Shown one piece after another: positions 55,510 through 63,162 of a stretch of 64,000 nucleotides of DNA. The stretch lies in IMG/VR virus record IMGVR_UViG_3300028831_000229, positions 32,001-96,000 of that record. One strand, given 5' to 3'. This DNA is from a virus. The notes under the pieces were generated by a model. That model saw only the letters and a program-made list of their open reading frames with translations, made no database searches and was not told the DNA's origin. A program made the translations under genes and the position numbers. How positions within the stretch are numbered: the stretch's first letter is position 1; each line of letters begins with the position of its first letter.

Positions 55510-58500
55510 TGCGGATGCACAAGCCAGCTACCGTTCTTCCTCTGCGTATCGCGCAGGTCCCGCTGCCGGCGTACCCGGTGCTCGGCAACATCAAGCCTGG
55601 TGGCGTGCTGCTCAGCGGCAAGCTCGCGAGCGCGGTCGACACGCTCAAGCTGGACACGCGCGACATGCCGCCGTCGCGCTTCAAGAGCGTGCGTGACGAC
55701 ATCTCGCGCTACAGCCCGATCCCTGTGACGCGTGTGGCGTTGCGACGCAGCGAGCACGCGTACATCGGGATCATCGACTCGAACAACGAGCCGTACATCT
55801 TCGCGCTCAACAGCCAGGGCATCCTCGTCAAGCGCGCGCCGGACGCCGAGCACGCGTGGCAGCTGTTCGACCACTACATGGATGCCGAGCGCGCAACGGC
55901 GCTCGAGACACGGCGCTACGTCGCGGCCAAGGAGCAAGCATCACTCGTCATCAAGGCCGACATCAAGCAGCCGGGTTCACGTGGCGGGAAGTTCTACTTC
56001 GACAAGCACGGCAAGGTGCGCTACGGCAAGCAGCCGATGCACGATCACCACGTGCACGTCGAACTGCCGGCAAAGCACGAGCTGGAAGGTGACGCGGCAG
56101 AGCTGCACAAGCACGTTCGCAAGCAGAACCCTGCCACCGTACACGAGGCGCGGAAGCACATCCGGTCGTGGATCAAGGACAACTACAGCGCGAACGCCAA
56201 GCAGATCGATCAGACGACCGCGCACATGCTGCGCTACTTCCACGAGGAGGGTGCGCTCCACCTGCACCAGCACGATACGCAGCCGACCGCACAGCCGACC
56301 AAGGACGTTCCGCACTTCTTCAAGAAGCGCGAGGCGCTCACGCGTCCGGTTCTGCCATCACCGTTCGACGCGCAAGGGACGCGTCTCCTGGTCAACGGAT
56401 CGCCTGTGCGGCTGTCGGCTGACGCCGAGCACGCGTGCTACGCGTTCGCCAAGCGCTTCCTCGTCAACGAAGGCACGGTGAAGGGTCACGCCGAGTTCGT
56501 GCGTGGCTTCGAGAAGAGTCTCCAGTCGATGGGCGTGCCGAAGGGCACCTACGACTACAAGAACTTCGTCAAGCGCATCACCACCGAGCCGGAGAAGGAG
56601 AAGGCACCGAAGAGCAAGGAGCAGCCGACGCCGAAGACGCATCCTCACCTCTTCATCAAGCAGGACGGTCAGTTCGTCCGACTCTCGGACGTTCGGACGC
56701 CGGCAGGTAACTTCTACACCGGCAAGGGCAAGCGCGGTACGTGGGCTCGTGCTCTGCGCGAAGAGGACATCACGATGAACGTCGCCAACGGCGGCGCTCC
56801 GAAGGGTTGGAAGGGCAAGGTCATCTTCGATCCCACGAAGGACTACTACCTCACGTGGCGTCATCCCGACACCGACGAGATCGGCTACGTCTATCCGTCG
56901 CGCGCGTCTGCCTACCAGAGGAAGTTCGAGGAGGCGTCGAAGCTCGGTCTCAACATCGACCGCATCCGCGAAGGCGTGGTGCGTGACATCGAGAAGAGCG
57001 GCAACAGCATGCCGGAGCGCGTCGCAGCGCTCTGCACCTACTTGATCGACAAGGAGCACTTCCGCGTGGGAGAAGAGTCGCACGCTGAGGACACCGGCAC
57101 GTTCGGTATCGGCTCGCTGCGCGTCGAGCACGTGAAGGTGGACGGCAAGCACGTCATCTTCGATTTCCCGGGGAAGAAGGATGAGCCGTGGCGCCGCGTC
57201 GTCGACTTCAGCAAGATGCCGGAGGCGCTCCACATCATCAAGAGCTGCCTGGCGCACAAGCACAAGAAGGATCGCGTCTGGGAAGAGCTGGGTGGTGGCT
57301 GGTCGGTGGACAGCAAGGTCATCAACGAGTATCTCGACGGCTACTCGAAGGACGGCGTGAAGTTCACGGCGAAGATGTTCCGCACGTTCCACGCGAACAA
57401 GTACATGAAGAAGATGCTCGACACCCTCGAGACGCTGGCCGCAGAGCACGGCTGGGATGATGCGACGGTGAAGAAGATCTACAAGGGGTTCAAGGTCAAC
57501 GACAGAGCCGGCAAGAAGCTGCTCGACATGAAGGCGCCTGGTGGCGGCACGGTGCGCCAGGCACTCGGTCTCGAGGAGAATCACGGCGCCAAGGGCAAAG
57601 GCAAGGCGATCATCGGCGTGCTTCCGACCATCGCAACGAAGCTCGGTCACACGGTGTCCAGCTGCCGCAACAGCTACATCGATCCGGTGCTCGTGACGCC
57701 GTTCGGCGCGAAGCATGGATGGGACGAGCGCACGCTCGGCGAGAAGAAGACGCGTGACGATCTTCCGGCGTTCGAGAAGAAGCACGTCGCGAAGCCGGCG
57801 AAGCAACCGAAGGCGCCTGCATCGCCGATGAAGAAGGCCGGGATTCCGAGCCATCAAGAGCTGGCAAAGGCCAGCGAGAAGCTGCTGACCAAGGTCACGC
57901 AGAAGCACGCCGATCTGGCTCCCATGATCGATAGCTACAAGGAGACGGCGATCAAGCGGCGCTGGAACGTGCCGGCAGAAGCGTGTGGCAATTGCGATCG
58001 TGCGACCGGAGAGTTCGTCTCACAGGCACCGGCGTCGGCTGGCTTGAAGAAGTACCGCTTCGACACCTTCACGCCGGAGGGTATCGCGCGCGTTCAGAAG
58101 CTGTACGGGATGAGCGACAAGACCATCGCCGAGATGCGGAAGCGTGACCGCAAGTCGATCAAGGACGGTCACGCTGATCCGGAAGACATGTTCCACGAAG
58201 TCGCGGTCACGCCAGACGGCACCGTGATCGACTGGACGGCCAATCAGTTTGCACAGAGCGACAAGACGCTGCCCGTTCCTTTTGTGTACAAGATTGACCA
58301 CACAAAGAACAGCAAGCCGCACAGCGGCATCGAGGACGAGGAGGCGTACGCGAAGGCGCTGCCGTACGGTCACGTGGCCTACGCGCGGCACTCGAAGACC
58401 GGCAAGCTCGTCCAGGTGAAGGCGAAGGGCGTGAAGCCGGTGCAGATGAACACGCAGGCACCTTTCCTTGTGCACCCCGATCAGCAGCCGTTCCATCCCA

Positions 58501-61085
58501 AGAAGAACGAGAAGGACTACAAGGTCTGGCGCACCGTGCATGATGCGAAGCCGCAGACCTACGACGAGACGGTCCGCGCGATTCACGGCGCGATCAAGCA
58601 CCACTTCGGCGCGGATGACGAAGAGCTGACCGACAGCGTGGTGGATCATTTCCAAGAGGAAGGGGCGATGCACGCGCCGGATCATGAGCCAGAGGACAGC
58701 GTTGACGAAGATGACGATCACATCAAGCGTGACTATCTCAAGATCGACCACGGGAAGTACGCGACCGACATCGCAAATGCACGCTCTGCGGCACACGGCG
58801 CCGTTCTCTCCGCAGCACGCAACGCTGTGTACGAAGCTCACGGTGCGCATCTCTTCACGGCATACACGGAGCGGTTGTTCCGTGATCGGAAGGAGACTCC
58901 GTACGGCGGGTTCAAGATCGACGAAGGCGTGCACCAGCTGGCCGATCAAGCTCAGGCGAATGTGCAGGAGGAGGCGCAACGTGCAGGCGACGAGGCTGAG
59001 CGTCAAGCAGGAGAGCACGCCGATCAGGACATCGCAGACAGACGGCACGCGAACGAGATGCTCCGGCAAGGGCTTGTCACGTTCGAGCACATCGATCCGA
59101 CGCCGGCTGAGCACGCGCTCGAACGTATGAACGATGCGCTTCCGAAGGTGATTACTCAGATCAGTAACGCCATAAAGCAGGTCGCACCAGCGTTGGCATC
59201 GTTCTACGACGTGGAGAACAAGTTCGAGGATGAACCGGAGCACGAGGACGTTACCTTCGAGCGGTCGGATGTCAGTGACCCGGAGACCGACCTCTCTGAG
59301 ATCCTCGACTTCATGAGCAACTACGGTGGCGACGACGCTGTTACCAGTGATGACTTGGAGCCGGAGTCTGTCGATTTGCCGGAACTCCCCGATGAGCCGT
59401 CCTTTGACGGCGATGATGAAGAGGACGCGGAAGACGACGAGACCTACCAAGCCGAGTTGGCAGCGTACAACGGTGTGATCAAACAGCGCGCGGCTACGCT
59501 GAATGCTGCACGCTTGAAGTATGCCGAGCAAGCCGTGACCGGGCTGTCGAAGTTGGAGACGGTGCTGAAGAACGCGACAGCGACGCTCAAGGCCAGAGGG
59601 AAGGAGGCGACCGCTGCACGCGAGAAGCTCGAGAAGGACTTCGATGAGAAGACCGGTGACGGCAGCTTCGATGACGATCTGGTGTTCATGAACCAGAAGG
59701 AGTTCCCGCAGGTCGCGAAGGAGATGAACCCAGAGGAAGAGGAGGACGAAGAGATCGCTGATGAAGGTGAAGGCGATGAAGGCGACGAGGAAGAGGAGCC
59801 GCAGGAGGACGCGCGCTATGACGACGCACGTCGTGCTGCGCAGACACTGCGTGACCACGTCAGAAGCATCATCGACGGTGACTTCGAGAGCGCGTACGAC
59901 GGTGAAGAAGTCACCACGGGTCTGGAGTCCGCAGTTGAGCAGGTGCGCACCTTGCGGAAGGAGTACGCCTCGGTCATCAAGAAACTGTCGAAGAAGAAAG
60001 GCAAGGTCTCCAAGGCGGTTCCGATCATCCAGCGACCGGGCGTACGCGGTGGCCATTTCCACTTCAACACGAAGGGCAAGGTCGTCTACGAACGGCACAT
60101 CACATACAACGCGCCAGCTCGGTCATGGCGTGGCTTCGATGACCTGGCGTTTCGTCGTGTGATGGACGAGCACAAGCACGTCGAGGTCGCGCACAAGAAG
60201 CACGTCAAGCGTCTGGCTGACGAAATGAAGACCCTGCGTGCAAAGAAGCAGATCGTTCCGAAGCACCGCCGTGCAGCTCTTCAGCTGAAGATCAACAAGC
60301 TACGCGCTCAGCAGCTCGACCATCGCATGGTCGTTGCTGCTGCTCGCGAGCAGCGGCTGCGCGTCAACAAGCAGCGAGCTGTTGCGAAGCAGAAGTTCGT
60401 GGCTACCCAGCGCCTGGCCTCGAAGAAGAAGCAGACCGCGACGGCGAGGAAGCGTAAGCGCGAGATGATCATGCCGATTGGCGTGGGCATGGGGATCGGC
60501 ACGCACACGATCAGGGAGAAGCCGGTAAAGCCGAAGGTCAAGACGTTGGAGCGCATGGTCTATCGCAAGGACGTGGAGACCGATCCACCTGTGAAGGAAG
60601 CGCCGAAGGTCGAGCCTGCGCCAGAACAGGAGCCCAAGAAGGAGCCGCAGACCGCACAGGAGCGCGCAGCAGCTGCAAGCGCTGCCAAGTGGGATCCGCA
60701 GTCCAGGTCGTGGGTGGTCAACGGGAAACCGATGGTCACGCCGGCTTCGGAGAAGTACCGCGAGGCTCCTCGCGAAGTGGTGTCCTACAAGCAGAAGACC
60801 TACGAGGAGCAGGTGGCCGAAGAGCAGCGAAAGCGTGCGTACTTCGACGCGAGCGCCAAGCGTGCCCGAGCGAAATACGAGGCGCTGCGTGCAGCCAAGG
60901 AAGCGGAGGTCGTGCACCAGAAGGAGCACGCACCACCGCCTGTGGAGGAGAAAGAAGCCCAGGGCATGAAGAAGCGCGGCGTGCTCTCCAAGCTCGGTGG
61001 CCTCTTCCGTCGGAAGAAGGACACTGGCACAATCACCGCGTCGTTCGTGGACTCGCACAACATCTTCAAGGTGAGCTACCTATGA
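55509..61085 (+). CDS. 1858-aa multidomain protein (putative polyprotein) with an embedded DNA topoisomerase IB
   Basis: FRVG, SLRVEHV, FDFPGK, TAKMFRTFHA, LGHT...SYIDP; plus a C..H..D module and acidic/basic regions. Confidence 0.9.
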   Translation: MRMHKPATVLPLRIAQVPLPAYPVLGNIKPGGVLLSGKLASAVDTLKLDTRDMPPSRFKSVRDDISRYSPIPVTRVALRRSEHAYIGIIDSNNEPYIFALNSQGILVKRAPDAEHAWQLFDHYMDAERATALETRRYVAAKEQASLVIKADIKQPGSRGGKFYFDKHGKVRYGKQPMHDHHVHVELPAKHELEGDAAELHKHVRKQNPATVHEARKHIRSWIKDNYSANAKQIDQTTAHMLRYFHEEGALHLHQHDTQPTAQPTKDVPHFFKKREALTRPVLPSPFDAQGTRLLVNGSPVRLSADAEHACYAFAKRFLVNEGTVKGHAEFVRGFEKSLQSMGVPKGTYDYKNFVKRITTEPEKEKAPKSKEQPTPKTHPHLFIKQDGQFVRLSDVRTPAGNFYTGKGKRGTWARALREEDITMNVANGGAPKGWKGKVIFDPTKDYYLTWRHPDTDEIGYVYPSRASAYQRKFEEASKLGLNIDRIREGVVRDIEKSGNSMPERVAALCTYLIDKEHFRVGEESHAEDTGTFGIGSLRVEHVKVDGKHVIFDFPGKKDEPWRRVVDFSKMPEALHIIKSCLAHKHKKDRVWEELGGGWSVDSKVINEYLDGYSKDGVKFTAKMFRTFHANKYMKKMLDTLETLAAEHGWDDATVKKIYKGFKVNDRAGKKLLDMKAPGGGTVRQALGLEENHGAKGKGKAIIGVLPTIATKLGHTVSSCRNSYIDPVLVTPFGAKHGWDERTLGEKKTRDDLPAFEKKHVAKPAKQPKAPASPMKKAGIPSHQELAKASEKLLTKVTQKHADLAPMIDSYKETAIKRRWNVPAEACGNCDRATGEFVSQAPASAGLKKYRFDTFTPEGIARVQKLYGMSDKTIAEMRKRDRKSIKDGHADPEDMFHEVAVTPDGTVIDWTANQFAQSDKTLPVPFVYKIDHTKNSKPHSGIEDEEAYAKALPYGHVAYARHSKTGKLVQVKAKGVKPVQMNTQAPFLVHPDQQPFHPKKNEKDYKVWRTVHDAKPQTYDETVRAIHGAIKHHFGADDEELTDSVVDHFQEEGAMHAPDHEPEDSVDEDDDHIKRDYLKIDHGKYATDIANARSAAHGAVLSAARNAVYEAHGAHLFTAYTERLFRDRKETPYGGFKIDEGVHQLADQAQANVQEEAQRAGDEAERQAGEHADQDIADRRHANEMLRQGLVTFEHIDPTPAEHALERMNDALPKVITQISNAIKQVAPALASFYDVENKFEDEPEHEDVTFERSDVSDPETDLSEILDFMSNYGGDDAVTSDDLEPESVDLPELPDEPSFDGDDEEDAEDDETYQAELAAYNGVIKQRAATLNAARLKYAEQAVTGLSKLETVLKNATATLKARGKEATAAREKLEKDFDEKTGDGSFDDDLVFMNQKEFPQVAKEMNPEEEEDEEIADEGEGDEGDEEEEPQEDARYDDARRAAQTLRDHVRSIIDGDFESAYDGEEVTTGLESAVEQVRTLRKEYASVIKKLSKKKGKVSKAVPIIQRPGVRGGHFHFNTKGKVVYERHITYNAPARSWRGFDDLAFRRVMDEHKHVEVAHKKHVKRLADEMKTLRAKKQIVPKHRRAALQLKINKLRAQQLDHRMVVAAAREQRLRVNKQRAVAKQKFVATQRLASKKKQTATARKRKREMIMPIGVGMGIGTHTIREKPVKPKVKTLERMVYRKDVETDPPVKEAPKVEPAPEQEPKKEPQTAQERAAAASAAKWDPQSRSWVVNGKPMVTPASEKYREAPREVVSYKQKTYEEQVAEEQRKRAYFDASAKRARAKYEALRAAKEAEVVHQKEHAPPPVEEKEAQGMKKRGVLSKLGGLFRRKKDTGTITASFVDSHNIFKVSYL

Positions 61086-61804
61086 GCAACTACCGCGCCT
61101 ACTACGCGTACGACGGTGACGAAGAGCGCTACCTGCGCTTTCTCGAAGCACCGGGCGACGGCCTCGGGATGGTTCTCGGCGACGCGCCAACCGTGGAGGA
61201 CGTGTTGGCTCGTGGCGGTACCGTCTTCGTGAAGGCGATGAAGGAAGAGCAGCCACCGAAGCTCGTCATCACCGATCGCAAGAAGAAGTGCATGAAGTGC
61301 GGTAGCCGCGAGTGGACCGACATGCACAAGGACGGCGTGGGCGACTGTTGCGACAAGCGCATGCGCAAGGCACTGCCGAAGAAGGACAAGAGCGCGGCGC
61401 CAGCCAAGAAGGCGAAGTCGTCCAAGGCCAACAAGCAGGTCGCCGGCAAGACCGGCAAGGTGCGCAGCTCGTACCCGCAGGAAGCCGGCGGTCAGCCGGC
61501 ACCGCAACCGACGCCGCAAGAGCAGTCGGCTCCTCCGAAGCCGAACCCGGCGCGCACGCCGCCGGATGCCGAAGAGGGACCGCCGATCGCCAGTCCGAGC
61601 GAGCTGGCGAACATCCTCGGCACGCCGGTGACGTCGTTGCAGCGCATCGCGCACCGGTTCCGCGACAACAAGAAGCTCGGCGGACGGTCGGGCTTCGTGA
61701 CCTTCATGAAGACGCGCCTGAAGCGCATGGCCAACAAGCACAAGCTCGACGGAGATTACTTCGGGCTGATCTACGACGCGCTGTGCCCCAAGAAGCCGGC
61801 GTGA
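61082..61804 (+). CDS. Hypothetical head-region protein
   Basis: ATGA overlap; FVKA and MRKA motifs; CxxC..CC. Confidence 0.7.
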   Translation: MSNYRAYYAYDGDEERYLRFLEAPGDGLGMVLGDAPTVEDVLARGGTVFVKAMKEEQPPKLVITDRKKKCMKCGSREWTDMHKDGVGDCCDKRMRKALPKKDKSAAPAKKAKSSKANKQVAGKTGKVRSSYPQEAGGQPAPQPTPQEQSAPPKPNPARTPPDAEEGPPIASPSELANILGTPVTSLQRIAHRFRDNKKLGGRSGFVTFMKTRLKRMANKHKLDGDYFGLIYDALCPKKPA

Positions 61805-61850
61805 CCTAACCCCTGAATGCTGGCATACTAGCCAGGCTGGAGACCCACCG

Positions 61851-62243
61851 ATGCCAGGAAAGCACACCGCCAAGCAGAAGCGCCAAGCGAAGCACGTCGC
61901 AGCTTCGGAGCGCGCTCGCGGCATGAGCCCGAAGAGAGCCGAGAGCGTCGGCTGGGCCACCGTGAACAAGCAGAAGAAAACGCGCAAGTCCTTCGACGTG
62001 ATCTCGTTGGACGAAGCGCACGCTCGCCTTCGGAAGGACATGGGCGGAGGAGGCGGCGAGGTGAAACCGCAGGTGAGCGCGACGCCGTTCAATCGACGTC
62101 GTGCGCCGAAGGAGACGGTCAGGATGAAACCGATCACCAACGCGGAAGCCGCTGCGAACCTTCGCGCCGGCAAGTTCCACGAGAAGTCGCTCACCCTCGG
62201 TCTCACGCAACTCGCGCGCGCCTTGCGCAAGGCGCGGCGGTAA
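61851..62243 (+). CDS. Basic protein with ChaB-like N-terminus
   Basis: T.KQKRQAKHV..SE..RG.S.KRAE...WATVNK. Confidence 0.65.
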   Translation: MPGKHTAKQKRQAKHVAASERARGMSPKRAESVGWATVNKQKKTRKSFDVISLDEAHARLRKDMGGGGGEVKPQVSATPFNRRRAPKETVRMKPITNAEAAANLRAGKFHEKSLTLGLTQLARALRKARR

Positions 62244-62313
62244 CAGGATCAACCACCGCAAGCGTCGAGTGACGCTGGCGGGCATCAATGCAACGTCACT
62301 CACGGAGAACATC

Positions 62314-62880
62314 ATGAGCAAGCAGAACGAAGACCAGGATCTGACGAAGTCGCTCGGCGACCTGTTTCAGGAGGAGCTGGGCAAGTCGACCGACGCGAAG
62401 GTGCTCGACTGCCCGCACTGCGGTGAAGGCATCAGCAAGGCCGACGTCATCGCCAAGGCGAAGGGCGGTCTGCCGGGCAAGGCGAAGAAGGAGATGGAGT
62501 CCGAGAAGCAGAACTCGGCGAGCGGCAAGGGCGCCAACGCGCGCTACGGCAACGCGCCGAAGCCGCACGTCGCCACCAAGAAGGCCGGCAAGAAGGTCGC
62601 GAAGACGAGCCCGGCGTACCCTGGCGCGATGGCGGCGAAGAAGAGCGATGCCGAGGACGACGTGAGCACCGAGGACGACACCTCCGAGGAGACCACGGAG
62701 ACCACCGAGGAGAACGTCCAGAAGTCGGCGCGGCCGACGATCTACGGCACGGAGCACGTCCAGTATTACACCGACCCGTCGGCGACCGGTGACGCGGCGA
62801 TCGCCAAGATGATCGCGGAAGGCGGTCTCGGTCAGCAGCCGACGCAGCCGATCGACAAGAACCACAAGCGCACCTGGTAG
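62314..62880 (+). CDS. Hypothetical head-region protein
   Basis: ggag RBS; LTKS, LGKS, IAKA, VQKS motifs; CPHC. Confidence 0.7.
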   Translation: MSKQNEDQDLTKSLGDLFQEELGKSTDAKVLDCPHCGEGISKADVIAKAKGGLPGKAKKEMESEKQNSASGKGANARYGNAPKPHVATKKAGKKVAKTSPAYPGAMAAKKSDAEDDVSTEDDTSEETTETTEENVQKSARPTIYGTEHVQYYTDPSATGDAAIAKMIAEGGLGQQPTQPIDKNHKRTW

Positions 62881-62892
62881 GAGGCAACCGTC

Positions 62893-63132
62893 ATGATCGC
62901 ACGCTGCAAGTTCCAGGTCACGAATGTGCTCCCGGCGTATCCGAACTCGGAGCCGGAGAGCACCGCCAAGCGTCTGGTGCTCGAGACGCGATACGACAAC
63001 ACCGTCGCCGAGGATCAGGCGTTCACCAAGTACACGCCGACCGGTCGTATGGACGTCGTGATCGATAACCCGAACGTCACGAGCCAGCTCAACGTCGGCG
63101 ATCACGTCTACATCGACATCACGAAGATCTAG
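62893..63132 (+). CDS. Small beta-rich phage protein
   Basis: RCKFQV...F.KYTP.G.M...IDNP...G..VYID; aggagg RBS. Confidence 0.7.
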   Translation: MIARCKFQVTNVLPAYPNSEPESTAKRLVLETRYDNTVAEDQAFTKYTPTGRMDVVIDNPNVTSQLNVGDHVYIDITKI

Positions 63133-63162
63133 CGACCACGCAACCAACCACGCAGGCATACA

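Noticed and set aside
57060-57690. Tyrosine recombinase (integrase) reading of the R...R...H...Y residues
   Set aside because: The context motifs (FRVG, SLRVEHV, FDFPGK, TAKMFRT, YIDP) are specific to topoisomerase IB.
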